NCBI GenBank assembly: GCA_002413045.1
Contig: DHWF01000051.1
Span: 90,964-154,963, forward strand
DNA from: Chloroflexi bacterium UBA5189
GTDB lineage: Bacteria; Chloroflexota; Limnocylindria; Limnocylindrales; CSP1-4
DNA: 64,000 bases
Direction of reading: 5' to 3'
This document shows positions 43,764 through 53,290 of this stretch, piece after piece. The notes under the pieces were generated by a model. That model had not been told where the DNA came from. It worked only from the letters and a program-made list of their open reading frames with translations, and made no database searches. How positions within the stretch are numbered: the stretch's first letter is position 1; every line of letters starts with the position of its first letter. The position numbers and the translations under genes are program-made.

Positions 43764-44752
43764 GCAGGAGGACCCGCGGCCGGGTTGCCGCCCGGGATTG
43801 CGGCCGCTCCCGGCCCCGCCACGGCGATCGGCACCGCGGCGCCCGAGCCCGCCGGTGCGTCGCGGAACAGGTCCTCCAGTCGGTGCCGGCGCCGTTCGAT
43901 CCGGAGCAGCGGCAGGCCAAGGTCCGCGACCGCGTCGCGCACGATGTCGTACGTCGCCTCACCGGCGAGCGCGACCAGCACGGCCCGGCCATCGAGCGCA
44001 ACGGACAGCCCTTGCCGCGCGAGGCGTTCCGCGAGACGCGGCGTGTCCTCGTCCACCTCGACCGCGAGCGTCCCGGTGTCTTCCGTGAAGTCGCCGAGCG
44101 GCGCCGATCGGAGCAGCTGGCCGCCCTCGATCGCGACGAGATATGTGCACACCCGCTCGATCTCGTTGAGCAGGTGCGAGGCGACGATCACGGCCATCCC
44201 GAATTCCGTGCCGGTTCGATGGACCAGCTCCAGCATCTCGTCCCGGCCGGCCGGATCGAGCCCGTTCGTCGGCTCGTCGAGCAGGAGCAGGCGCGGGTCG
44301 TGCACGAGTGCCTGGGCAAGCTTTACGCGCTGCTTCATGCCCGTCGAGTAGCCGCCGATCGCGCGGTAGCGCTCCTCGTACAGCCCCACGTGCCGGAGGA
44401 CCTCGGCGGTGCGCTCCCGCGCGGCGATCCAGGGCAGGCCGGACATGAGCGCCAGGTGCGCGACCCAATCGGTCGCGGTGGTGTCCGGCGGCAGGCAGTC
44501 GTGCTCCGGCATGTAGCCGACGAACTGGCGGATATCGGTCCCGCGCGTTCGAACGTCGAGGTCGAACACGGTCGCCGAGCCGGACGTCGGCTCGATGAGC
44601 CCGAGCAGGATCTTCAGCAGGGTCGACTTGCCCGCCCCATTCGAGCCGACCAGCCCGACGATCCCTGGCTCGATGTCCACCGTCAGCGAATCGAGCGCCG
44701 TCACGGACGTCCCGTATCGCTTGGTCAGTGCGCGGATCTCGATCAGGGGCAC
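43760..44752 (-). CDS. ABC transporter ATP-binding protein
   Basis: GTG 44752 gives MPLIEIRALTKRYG. GSNGAGKST, YSTGMKQRVKLAQAL, LLLDEPTNGLDP. Confidence 0.88.
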   Translation of the reverse strand: MPLIEIRALTKRYGTSVTALDSLTVDIEPGIVGLVGSNGAGKSTLLKILLGLIEPTSGSATVFDLDVRTRGTDIRQFVGYMPEHDCLPPDTTATDWVAHLALMSGLPWIAARERTAEVLRHVGLYEERYRAIGGYSTGMKQRVKLAQALVHDPRLLLLDEPTNGLDPAGRDEMLELVHRTGTEFGMAVIVASHLLNEIERVCTYLVAIEGGQLLRSAPLGDFTEDTGTLAVEVDEDTPRLAERLARQGLSVALDGRAVLVALAGEATYDIVRDAVADLGLPLLRIERRRHRLEDLFRDAPAGSGAAVPIAVAGPGAAAIPGGNPAAGPPA

Positions 44753-45384
44753 CGCGACAGCGTAGCCGCCGCAACTTTGGCGCCCGGGCGGGGCTCGACA
44801 TCCAGGGCGTTGGCCGGGGTGCTCAGCGCCTCCGACGAGTCGTCGTCGGAGGCGCCCACTCCGGCGGCCGCAAGCACGAGCACGATCCCGACCAGGATCG
44901 ACGCGACCGCGGCGACGGCGACGACCACCTGCGCGATGACCTTGGCCGCGACGGGATGGTGTGCTGCCAGCGCCTCGTAGCGGAGACCCGTCACGAACGC
45001 GAGGATCGCCCCGACGAGCACGACCGACGTCGACTGGTGATAGGCGCCGAGCACGACCCCGATGACGACGGCGACCACGAGCGGCATGCCGTAATGGACC
45101 TCGAACGGCGCGGGCTGCGTGTCCGCCGCGGGGATCGGCGGTATCGGGCTTGGCTGTGGCGCCGCGGTTGTCGGTCCGGGCTCGGCCGGTCGGCCCCAGA
45201 CCGGCGTCGATGACAGCTGGCGGAACATGTACAGCCCGGTCCCGGGCAGGCCGACGGTCTGCCGGACGCCACGCTTGCCGAAGGTCATCTTGGAGCCGCG
45301 CGGACCGACGCTCAGCGATGGCCCGGACTTCGAGAAGTTGATCGTCAGACCGGGCGCCACCTTGACCCGGCGCCACAGGCGCAT
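44743..45384 (-). CDS. DUF4236 domain protein with C-terminal TM segments
   Basis: MRLWRRVKVAPGLTINFSKSGPSLSVGPRGSKMTFGKRGVRQTVGLPGTGL is the DUF4236 signature. Confidence 0.7.
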   Translation of the reverse strand: MRLWRRVKVAPGLTINFSKSGPSLSVGPRGSKMTFGKRGVRQTVGLPGTGLYMFRQLSSTPVWGRPAEPGPTTAAPQPSPIPPIPAADTQPAPFEVHYGMPLVVAVVIGVVLGAYHQSTSVVLVGAILAFVTGLRYEALAAHHPVAAKVIAQVVVAVAAVASILVGIVLVLAAAGVGASDDDSSEALSTPANALDVEPRPGAKVAAATLSRCP

Positions 45385-45409
45385 GTGCCAGCCGGCCATC
45401 AAGCAGCGG

Positions 45410-45641
45410 TCATGGCAGCTGCCAGAACTCGCCGGTGAGGCCGAGTCCATCGAGGATCGCCTGGTTCTGGTCGCGGGTGCGCGGCTGCCAGTCCGTCATG
45501 GAGGCGCCGCCACGCGGCCGAGAGCTCGGCGCTCCCCTGTCCCAGCGTCTGGGCGACCTCGGCGAGGGTTGGCGCCCGACCGAGCTCCACGAATCGGCGG
45601 TAGGTCGCGTTGCGAACGGCGAGGTCGGCTGGGTTGATCAT
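45410..45641 (-). pseudogene. small winged-helix (MerB N-terminal-like) ORF with an apparent frame switch near 45497
   Basis: MINPADLAVRNATYRRFVELGRAPTLAEVAQTLGQGSAELSAAWRRLH has high GC3. After that point high GC3 moves to another frame (MTDWQPRTRDQNQAILDGLGLTGEFWQLP, stop 45410). Confidence 0.3.
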
Positions 45642-45720
45642 CCGAACAGGGCGAATTGTCGTCGATTCCCGACCCCGTCCGTCGGTATGATCGGCGCGCG
45701 GTGGGAGGTGGCTGCGCTCA

Positions 45721-46821
45721 ATGAAGATCGATGCGGCGCGAATCGCGCTCGTCACCGCCCTCCTGCTCGCGCTCCACTCCGGCGAGCCCACGGCGGCCCA
45801 CGTCCTGTTCTTCGTCGTGCTCGGCGCGCTGCTCGCCGCTGCAACGCGCTGGCCGGTCGGCCTGGCGACGATCGTGGCGCTGTTCTTAGGAGCGGTGATC
45901 ATCCGGCTTGCCGTATCGGATCGGACCGGCTCGGACGTCCTCACCGTCACGCGCGCCGCGATCGATCGGGTGCTCGCCGGCCTCGACCCGTACGGCTTCG
46001 CATACCAGGCATCCTCGCCGCCCGGCGCCCCGTTCCCGTACGGGCCGCTCGCGATCCTCATGTACATGCCGTTCCACCACGCGGCGTTCGTCCTCGAGCT
46101 GGTTTCGTCCACGGTGGTCCTGGGCATCCTCGCATTCCAGGGCCGGCTGATCGGCCTGGCCGTGTACGCCGCTGCGCCGATCGTCGTCTCGATCTCGGTC
46201 GACGGCTCGAACGACACGACCCTCGGGCTCTTGATCCTCGCCGCGTTCATGGCTGCGAAGCGCTGGCCGATGCTGGCCGGGTTCATCCTCGCCCTCGCGA
46301 CCGGGTTCAAGCTGTCGGCACTGGCCTTCGTGCCGGGGTTCCTCGCCTGGGCGGGCTTGCGCGTATCGCTGGTATTCGCTGCCGGCACGATCATCGCTTG
46401 GGCGCCGGTCCTCGCCAACTGGGGCGTCGCGAACTATCTCGACAGCGTGGACAAGGCCAACGTCATCCACGCCAACCGGACGACGTTCTCGCTCGGCGTC
46501 CTCATCAAGGGGCTGACCGGCGCCCGCCAGCCGATCATGGACGTGCTCAAGTACGTCTTCGGCGCGGTCATCGCCGTGGCCGGGCTCCGCTTCCGGAAGT
46601 CGTTGGACGGCGTGATCCTCGTCGGCGTCGCCGTCTACCTCGTGGTGCTGTACGGCGGCAACTGGGGCTCATACGCCTACTTCGGCGGCGTCGCCCCCAT
46701 CGTCTGCTGGCGCCTCGACGACTGGCTCGGGTTCACGTCCGTCCCCCTGCTCGACCGGCTGCGCGCGCTCCGCGAGGCGTGGCGAAACCGTAAGCGGGAC
46801 GCGCCGGAGCCCATCGGCTGA
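45721..46821 (+). CDS. polytopic membrane protein, GT-C/GT87 (DUF2029)-like glycosyltransferase
   Basis: About 10 TM helices. The loop YGFAYQASSPPGAPFPYGPL and GFKLSA block are typical of DUF2029-type mannosyltransferase-like proteins. Confidence 0.65.
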   Translation: MKIDAARIALVTALLLALHSGEPTAAHVLFFVVLGALLAAATRWPVGLATIVALFLGAVIIRLAVSDRTGSDVLTVTRAAIDRVLAGLDPYGFAYQASSPPGAPFPYGPLAILMYMPFHHAAFVLELVSSTVVLGILAFQGRLIGLAVYAAAPIVVSISVDGSNDTTLGLLILAAFMAAKRWPMLAGFILALATGFKLSALAFVPGFLAWAGLRVSLVFAAGTIIAWAPVLANWGVANYLDSVDKANVIHANRTTFSLGVLIKGLTGARQPIMDVLKYVFGAVIAVAGLRFRKSLDGVILVGVAVYLVVLYGGNWGSYAYFGGVAPIVCWRLDDWLGFTSVPLLDRLRALREAWRNRKRDAPEPIG

Positions 46822-46832
46822 CCACGTCACGC

Positions 46833-47630
46833 ATGGCATCGACCCGGGCCATCGTCTCGCGGCCGCGCCTCGTTCGGGCCACGACGGTCGTGCTTCTTGC
46901 GATCGTCCTCATGGTGGCCGGCGCCTGGGCCGTCGCCACCGTCATCGAACTCGCCCCGACCGCTCGGACCACGGCGCGCTTCGACCCGCCGGTGTGGGCC
47001 GGCCAGAACGTGCCTGGGGCGTGCTCGGGCGGCTTCTACGCCCGCCACGGCAAGACGATCGTGCTCACGATCGTCGCCCACTGCGCGGTGCCGGGCGCGA
47101 CGCTGCGCGATGGTGATGGCAGGACGATCGGGGTCTTCGGACCCCGTGCGCAGCTCGCCGACTGCCCAGCTGGTCGGTTCTGCGCGCCGTCGGACTTCCT
47201 GACGCTCGAGCTCGCCGCCGACCGGATCCCGTGGGGCCACCTCAACCTGGTCGACTTGGGCGCTGGTGGCTACCGCACGTTCGCAACGGGAACCCACGCC
47301 CTCTCGTGCGCCGAGATCGCGGTTGGCGACCGCGTCGAGGTCGACGGGCGCGAGCACTATCGGCAGGGCACGGTTATCGCGAGCGGGCCGTACGAGTTCA
47401 CGACCGACACGATGTTCCCGTGCATGATCGTGGCCGACGTCGCGGTCGTGGTCGGCGACTCCGGCGGCGCGGTCCTGGTCAACGGCGCGCCCGCCGGGAT
47501 CACCTCGCGGGACGTCGGCGGTCAACTGGGTTTCACGCCGCTCGCCGAGGGCCTCGACAACCTCGACCTGACGCTGTGCACGACCCCCGACTGCGACCTG
47601 ACGCCGGCCAGCGCGATCCAGCCCGGCTAA
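46833..47630 (+). CDS. S1 family (chymotrypsin/streptogrisin-like) serine peptidase, membrane-anchored or secreted
   Basis: N-terminal hydrophobic segment. VAHCA (His), GDSGGAV (Ser), several Cys pairs. Confidence 0.75.
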   Translation: MASTRAIVSRPRLVRATTVVLLAIVLMVAGAWAVATVIELAPTARTTARFDPPVWAGQNVPGACSGGFYARHGKTIVLTIVAHCAVPGATLRDGDGRTIGVFGPRAQLADCPAGRFCAPSDFLTLELAADRIPWGHLNLVDLGAGGYRTFATGTHALSCAEIAVGDRVEVDGREHYRQGTVIASGPYEFTTDTMFPCMIVADVAVVVGDSGGAVLVNGAPAGITSRDVGGQLGFTPLAEGLDNLDLTLCTTPDCDLTPASAIQPG

Positions 47631-47640
47631 CCTGAGCCGG

Positions 47641-49098
47641 ATGACGCCTCCAATCGAGCTGCTCGACGTCCTGAAGGGCGGCCTGCCGCCGACCAACGGC
47701 CCCAGGCGCCACGTCGTGATCGTCGGGGCCGGGATCGCGGGCCTGACGGCGGGGATGCTGCTCAAGGAGGCCGGCCACCAGGTCACGATCCTCGAGGCGC
47801 GCAACCGCCTCGGCGGCCGGATCTATACGTACCGCGGCTTCGCAGGCACGATGTACGGCGAGTTCGGGGCGATGCGCTTCCCGCGCCAGCATCGGCTCGC
47901 GCAACACCTGATCCACGAGCGGTTCAAGCTGCCGACGAAGCCGTTCGGCATGGAGGACCAGGACACCTTCGTCTACCTCCACGGCAAGGCCGTCCGGCGA
48001 AGCGAGTTCAGCGCGACGAGCTTCGACTTCCACCTGTCGCCCGGCGAGCTGGGCAAGGATCCGGCCAGGATCCTCCACGACGCGATGCAGCCGCTGATCG
48101 ACGTGGTCGGGCAGCCGAACGGGTGGCAGCAGGTCATCGACCAGTTCGATCGGTATTCGCTCCTGGGCTACCTGCTCGAACGCGGCGTCAGCGAGCACGC
48201 ACTGTGGCTGCTGGGGCCCTTGTTCAATCTCGAAGGCCGGTTCCACTTCTCGCTCGTCGAGTGGTTCGCCCACTGGTACGACGACGTGTTCGGCGACCTC
48301 GAGTACATCGATGCCGGCGCGGACACACTCCCCCACGCGTTCGCCCCGATTCTCATGGACGACACGCGCCTCGGCGCCGAGGTGCATGCGATCCACCAGG
48401 GCCGCGACGGGATCACCGTCCACTTCAAGGACAGCGTCGGGACCGAGGGCAAGGTGAGCGCGGACGAGTGCATCCTCACGGTCCCGCTCGTGCTGCTGCG
48501 GCACATGGAGATCAACGGCCTCGACGTCGACAAGTGGTTCACGATTCGGAACGTCTACTACGGCCGCGCGCACAAGATCTTCATGCAGTTCAGCCGGCGC
48601 TGGTGGGTCGACGACTACGCGATCGACCACGGCGTCACGGTGACCGACCTCGCGATCCGCAACGTCGTCTACACACCGGCGGGCCAGGACCCGTCGATCG
48701 CGAAGGGCGTGATCATCGCGTCCTACGCCTGGGAACAGGATTCGATGGCGTATTCGATGCTCGACGAATCGCAGCGCATCGCGCAGGCGCTCGAGGACCT
48801 CGCGAAGATCCATCCCGAGGCGGAGACGACGTTCGAGTTCGGGATCTCGCACGACTGGGCGCTGGACCGCCACGGCGGGGGCATCGGTCCCCTCTTCCGC
48901 CCGTTCGAGATGGCGGGCAAGTTCTTCGACGACATCACCCGCCCGGTCAACCGCCTCTGGTTCGCCGGCGACGCGTGCAGCCGCCTCTCGCGCCGGTGGA
49001 TCGAGGGCGCCATCTCATCCGGCGTCATCAACGCCTACGCCATCAATGCCGGCCTCCGCAACGAGCTTCCGACCGTCGAGAGCGCCCAGCCGATTTGA
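47641..49098 (+). CDS. flavin monoamine oxidase family protein (L-amino-acid oxidase-like)
   Basis: VVIVGAGIAGLTAG...ILEARNRLGGRIYT dinucleotide-binding motif. C-terminal FAGDA. Confidence 0.88.
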   Translation: MTPPIELLDVLKGGLPPTNGPRRHVVIVGAGIAGLTAGMLLKEAGHQVTILEARNRLGGRIYTYRGFAGTMYGEFGAMRFPRQHRLAQHLIHERFKLPTKPFGMEDQDTFVYLHGKAVRRSEFSATSFDFHLSPGELGKDPARILHDAMQPLIDVVGQPNGWQQVIDQFDRYSLLGYLLERGVSEHALWLLGPLFNLEGRFHFSLVEWFAHWYDDVFGDLEYIDAGADTLPHAFAPILMDDTRLGAEVHAIHQGRDGITVHFKDSVGTEGKVSADECILTVPLVLLRHMEINGLDVDKWFTIRNVYYGRAHKIFMQFSRRWWVDDYAIDHGVTVTDLAIRNVVYTPAGQDPSIAKGVIIASYAWEQDSMAYSMLDESQRIAQALEDLAKIHPEAETTFEFGISHDWALDRHGGGIGPLFRPFEMAGKFFDDITRPVNRLWFAGDACSRLSRRWIEGAISSGVINAYAINAGLRNELPTVESAQPI

Positions 49099-49114
49099 CG
49101 AGCACAAGCGCTCG

Positions 49115-49675
49115 TCAGCCGGCCGCTTCGTAGGCCTCGCGCAGCCAGCCAACGAGCTCTGCGTCGATGTCGTCGAGCGAGCGGACGCGGACGCGGTTCG
49201 TGAACAGGGCGTTGAACGAATCCGCGTTTTCGAGCCGCGCGTCGTCGGGCGCGTCCGGCAGGATGAGTCCGAGATCGATGTGCTTCGCGGCGGGCTGGAT
49301 CATCGCGAACTGCTTCCGGCGCCGGATGCTCACGTAGGCCTTCTTGGGCGCGAGCTCGATGTCGTCACCGAGCGCCCGAACCTGCTGCATCAGCGCCTCG
49401 TGCAGTGGCAGCAGGTGCCGGCGGGACTCGGGGTAGAGCGCGTCTTCAAGTGAGGCCGGAGCAGGTGTGGCGGCAAGCCGGTCGATCGCGAAGAGCGCCA
49501 CGCGGTTCGCCGAGCCGTGGGTCATGCCGTGCTCGCCTTTGAGCATCGCCACGATCTCTCGGTGCCGCCGCAGATCGCTCGCGCGGATCACCTCGACCCA
49601 TTCGTCGATCGAGCGGCCGTACGTCGACTCGATGTTTCGCAGCTGGGACTGGAGCCCCTCGGCGACGGTGGCCAT
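49115..49675 (-). CDS. DUF4287 + DUF5655 domain protein
   Basis: NIESTYGRSIDEWVEVI...MLKGEHGMTHGSANRVA, then KKAYVSIRRRKQFAMIQPAAKHIDLGL. Confidence 0.75.
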   Translation of the reverse strand: MATVAEGLQSQLRNIESTYGRSIDEWVEVIRASDLRRHREIVAMLKGEHGMTHGSANRVALFAIDRLAATPAPASLEDALYPESRRHLLPLHEALMQQVRALGDDIELAPKKAYVSIRRRKQFAMIQPAAKHIDLGLILPDAPDDARLENADSFNALFTNRVRVRSLDDIDAELVGWLREAYEAAG

Positions 49676-49859
49676 GTTGGCAGGATATGCCGCCAGACGC
49701 TTATCCGATGTGGTTCAGTGCGTCGAGCGCGAGCGCCTTGTCGGCGGCTTCGATGGAGTCGGCCGTGGCATTCGACCCGAGGACCGCGGCGATTGTGTAG
49801 ACCCCCCTTCGATTGCGCTTGTAGCAGCAGGGCCCGATCGATGCGTTGCAGCCCGCCAG

Positions 49860-50243
49860 TCAGCCCTCGATTTCCGAGTAGATCACCGCACCGGTGTCCC
49901 GATCGATGACCAGCTCCATCGTCACCAGCCCGCACGGAAGCAGCGCCGTGTCGGCACACGGCTGCTGCACGAATCCGCGGATGTCGACGGCCCACGCTGG
50001 ACGCACCCGACGGGCTGCCTCCCTGGCGATCATGTCGTCCGTGAGCGAGGGAGGGGGCCCGTTGAAGATCTGCCCTGCGGCGCCCTCACGCACGTCGAGG
50101 ATCGTGATCGGCGCGGAGAGGCCGGCGATCCGCTCGACGGCCGTGATCGCGTCCGATCTGTTCCGGATCGATCCCGGCGCACATCCGGCGATGACCATCG
50201 CGGTCCCGAGCGCGACGGCGAGCGTTGCAGATCGTCCTCGCAT
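49860..50243 (-). CDS. small lipoprotein; its TGA stop is followed by a 52-codon in-frame coding-like extension
   Basis: MRGRSATLAVALGTAMVIAGC lipobox, high GC3. The same frame continues 49859..49704 with high GC3 to TAA 49701..49703. Confidence 0.55.
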   Translation of the reverse strand: MRGRSATLAVALGTAMVIAGCAPGSIRNRSDAITAVERIAGLSAPITILDVREGAAGQIFNGPPPSLTDDMIAREAARRVRPAWAVDIRGFVQQPCADTALLPCGLVTMELVIDRDTGAVIYSEIEG

Positions 50244-50330
50244 TGCCGAAACGCTGCGGCCATCGGGTCCAGGCGTCGATCCGTGGAATCCCGGAGTGGA
50301 GATGGGTGGCTGGACTGCGATGATGCGCCG

Positions 50331-50975
50331 GTGATTCCCGGTAGCGAGATCCGGCTCGCGGTAGTCGACGATCACCCCGTGATCGCGCGGGCGATCGAGG
50401 CCGCGGTGCTCGATTCGGCGGAGCACGACATCCGGCTCGTGGGCGTGGCCCGCACGCCGGAGGACGGGATCGAGCTCGTCTCGCGAGCGGGCGCCGACGC
50501 TCCCGACGTCGTGCTGTGCGACGTCCAGCTCCAGTCCGGCACCGATGGGCTCCGGGTCGTTGACGCCGCCACGGCGGCGGGCTGCCGCGCGATCGTGCTG
50601 ACCTCGTTCGATCGCTCCTCGCTGATGCGGGCGGCGTTCGAGCGCGGGGCCGCGGGCTTCCTGGACAAGGGCGCCGAGATGAACGTGATCCTCGCGGCCG
50701 TGCGCAGCGTCGCGTCCGGCGGCACCGCGTTCTCCTCGGCGGTCCTCGATGCGGCGCGCTACGGGCCGAAGCCGCCATCGGATCGCGAGGTCGCCGTCCT
50801 CACCGAGCTCCACAAGGGCGCGACGAGCGACGAGATCGGGGCACGGCTCGGCATCTCATCGCGGACGGTGGAGAGCCACCTGCGCCGCCTGTTCGACCGA
50901 TACGGCGTCCTGTCGCGGACCGAGCTCGCGGTGCTCGCGCTCCGCGAGGGCTGGATCGACTCCGGCCGGGGTTGA
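50331..50975 (+). CDS. response regulator, NarL/FixJ (LuxR HTH) family
   Basis: GTG 50331. REC domain (LAVVDDHP, VVLCDVQL, LTSF). C-terminal LuxR HTH (TSDEIGARLGISSRTVESHLRRLF). Confidence 0.88.
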   Translation: MIPGSEIRLAVVDDHPVIARAIEAAVLDSAEHDIRLVGVARTPEDGIELVSRAGADAPDVVLCDVQLQSGTDGLRVVDAATAAGCRAIVLTSFDRSSLMRAAFERGAAGFLDKGAEMNVILAAVRSVASGGTAFSSAVLDAARYGPKPPSDREVAVLTELHKGATSDEIGARLGISSRTVESHLRRLFDRYGVLSRTELAVLALREGWIDSGRG

Positions 50976-52333
50976 TGGCCGGGACGCCACGCCTCGGCAC
51001 GGCCGGCGCATCCAGCCGCGCGTTGCCGGCGGCGCTTGCGCTCGCGCTCGTCGTCGTGAGCGCCGCGGTCGCGCTGCGCCTGCTCGACATCGCGGCTGGT
51101 CGGTTTCCGTTCGGGACGGCCTGGTTCCCAGCCCTGTTCGCCGCCGGTGGGCTGATCGCCGCGGCGCTGCTCGTCCGGCGTGCGCCCGCGCTCGCCTGGT
51201 TCGCGATGGTGGCGGCATCGGCGATCGGGGCGATCGAGGTGGTCGGCGTCGTTCGGGACCGGCAGGCGACGGCAACGGCCCGCGACTGGCTGGTCGAGGT
51301 GGCCGTCGCCGTGGCGGCACTCGTGCTCGCCGCCGGGGTGGCCGCCGCGTACGCCTCCCGCACGCCGACCGGGATGGCCCATCCCACGCGGGCGAGGCTC
51401 TGGCGGCTTCTCGTCGTGGCTGGTTTTGGCATCGTGGTGGTTGCCGGCGCACTCGCCGTCGGCGCGGCTTCGAGCCTGGTTGCATCCGGATTCGCCACCG
51501 ACGCCGGCGCCCTTCGATTGGGCGGCCGTGTCGCGGCCGCGTTCATCGGGATTGCGACACTCGGGGGCTTGTGGGCGGACCTGCGTGACCCGGTGGTGGG
51601 GGCACGGGCACGAGGTGGCGGGTTCGCCGGGTTCACGCGGGCCTTCGCCGACGAGCTCCTGCCGACCTCGACCGCGATGCGCCGCCGAGGTGTCGAAGAC
51701 GAACGGGCCCGGCTCGCGGCAGAGCTCCACGCCCGTGTGCTGCCCGACTTGCGGCGAGCCGCGGCGGCCGCCGAGGCAACCGGCACGGCATCAGATCCGC
51801 TGGCGGTGGGCCTGCGGCACGCCGTCGAGGACGTCGAGGAGCTGATGCACGGCCGTCAGTCGGTCGTGCTCGACGAGTACGGACTCGTCGCGGCGCTGGA
51901 GTGGCTCGCCGAGCGCACCCAGCAGCGCCGGCCGCTCGTCGTCGATCTCGAGCTCGACGGCGCCGCCGTCGATGACCCCAGCGCGGTCACGAAGCCGGTC
52001 GCGCAAGCCGCGTTCCGCGTCGCCCAGCTCGCCGTCGACAACGTCGTTCGCCACGCGAGCGCGACGCGGGTTGTGCTGCGGCTCACGGTCGACGCGGCGC
52101 GGATCGAGCTGGCCATCCAGGATGACGGGACGGGCATCGAACCCAGTGGCGGCCGGGGGCCCCGAGCCGGTCGCGGCCTGGTCGACATGCGCGCCGCCGC
52201 GGCCGGTATCGGCGCGATCCTGCGAGTCGAGCGTCGTGAACCCGGGACGCTCGTCGACCTCGTGCTGGAGCGTGGCGCCGACACCAAAGGTGGCGCAAGA
52301 GGCGCTGATGCCGGAGCGTCTACTCCGCGCTGA
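50972..52333 (+). CDS. sensor histidine kinase (HisKA_3 type)
   Basis: ATGA overlap with the regulator gene. Multi-TM N-terminus. ERARLAAELHARV, then an ATPase domain (NVVRHA, QDDGTGI, GRGLVDM). Confidence 0.85.
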   Translation: MMAGTPRLGTAGASSRALPAALALALVVVSAAVALRLLDIAAGRFPFGTAWFPALFAAGGLIAAALLVRRAPALAWFAMVAASAIGAIEVVGVVRDRQATATARDWLVEVAVAVAALVLAAGVAAAYASRTPTGMAHPTRARLWRLLVVAGFGIVVVAGALAVGAASSLVASGFATDAGALRLGGRVAAAFIGIATLGGLWADLRDPVVGARARGGGFAGFTRAFADELLPTSTAMRRRGVEDERARLAAELHARVLPDLRRAAAAAEATGTASDPLAVGLRHAVEDVEELMHGRQSVVLDEYGLVAALEWLAERTQQRRPLVVDLELDGAAVDDPSAVTKPVAQAAFRVAQLAVDNVVRHASATRVVLRLTVDAARIELAIQDDGTGIEPSGGRGPRAGRGLVDMRAAAAGIGAILRVERREPGTLVDLVLERGADTKGGARGADAGASTPR

Positions 52334-52685
52334 CCGGGCTGTCGCCCGCGCCATCCTCATCGGCAGGAACCGCCTCGGGGCGCTCGACGCGGCTCCGATG
52401 GCTGACCTCGACGATCCGCGGCGAACCGTCGCGGTCCTTCCAGCGGGTCTCGAGCTCAACGTCCTCGGTCTCGCTCGTGACCCGGACGACCACGACGACC
52501 GCCGAGGCGCCCCGTTCCACGGAGGCGATCGATGCCTCGGTGGCAGGGAGCGGCAGGAGCGCCACGACCTCGCCGAGGTTTCGGCGCAGCTCCTCGCTCA
52601 GGAAGCCGATCGCCGTATCGACATCGCCGGCAACCAGCGCGTCGGCAACCTGCTGCGCGCTCGCGCGGACGTCGTCCTCGTTCAT
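52320..52685 (-). CDS. hypothetical protein (small alpha+beta, NTF2-like guess)
   Basis: ATG start, high GC3. No motif recognised. Confidence 0.5.
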   Translation of the reverse strand: MNEDDVRASAQQVADALVAGDVDTAIGFLSEELRRNLGEVVALLPLPATEASIASVERGASAVVVVVRVTSETEDVELETRWKDRDGSPRIVEVSHRSRVERPEAVPADEDGAGDSPVSAE

Positions 52686-52786
52686 CGGCCCATCCTAGTG
52701 CGCGGCCCCTGCCGCAGAGTTGCAGTCGCATCGCAAACGAGCCGCGTCGAATCGCAGCCCGCTACCCTCGGTATCGAGGAGAGACG

Positions 52787-53290
52787 ATGACCGACCCGAT
52801 CGACGCTGCCGGCGCCGCACCGCCCGTGCCGCCGTTGGAGGCCGGCCGCTGGCGCGGGGTCCTCGTGCTGGCGTTGCTGATCGGCTTCCTCGTGGTGGTG
52901 CTGTTCACGGTCAAGGACAACACGTCCGCGAGCGACCTCAAGGTCGGCGATTGCTTCGACATTCCCACGGCCATCTCGGTGCAGTCGGTCACCCATCACA
53001 CGTGCACGGAACCGCACTCCGCCGAGGCGTTCCTGGTCACGGACTACACCGGGAGCCCGATGGACACCCCGCTCACCCTCCTCCTCGACGCCTTCGTCCA
53101 GGCCAACTGCGACCCTGCGTTCGCGACCTACGTCGGCAAGGCGCTCGCGGACGAACCCGGCCTGTCGATCGGCTACATCTACCCGGATGTGGACGCATGG
53201 CAGCAGGGCAAGCGCAGCATCACGTGCTACGTTGCGAAGAGCGACCAGAGCTCGATCTCGACCTCGCTCAAGGGATCCGCCGCGCAGTAG
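52787..53290 (+). CDS. septum formation family protein (membrane-anchored)
   Basis: TM helix, then VGDCFD...HTCTEPHSAEAF...ANCDPAF...SITCYV pattern. Confidence 0.7.
   Translation: MTDPIDAAGAAPPVPPLEAGRWRGVLVLALLIGFLVVVLFTVKDNTSASDLKVGDCFDIPTAISVQSVTHHTCTEPHSAEAFLVTDYTGSPMDTPLTLLLDAFVQANCDPAFATYVGKALADEPGLSIGYIYPDVDAWQQGKRSITCYVAKSDQSSISTSLKGSAAQ

Noticed and set aside
4309-49862. Pyrrolysine (TAG) or selenocysteine (TGA) recoding, or an alternative genetic code, as the explanation for the in-frame stops
   Set aside because: All three stop codons are involved. Most genes in the window end normally at TGA, TAG or TAA. I see no pyl or sel genes and no convincing SECIS-like hairpin after 49860. 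Mutation or sequence error is more parsimonious.
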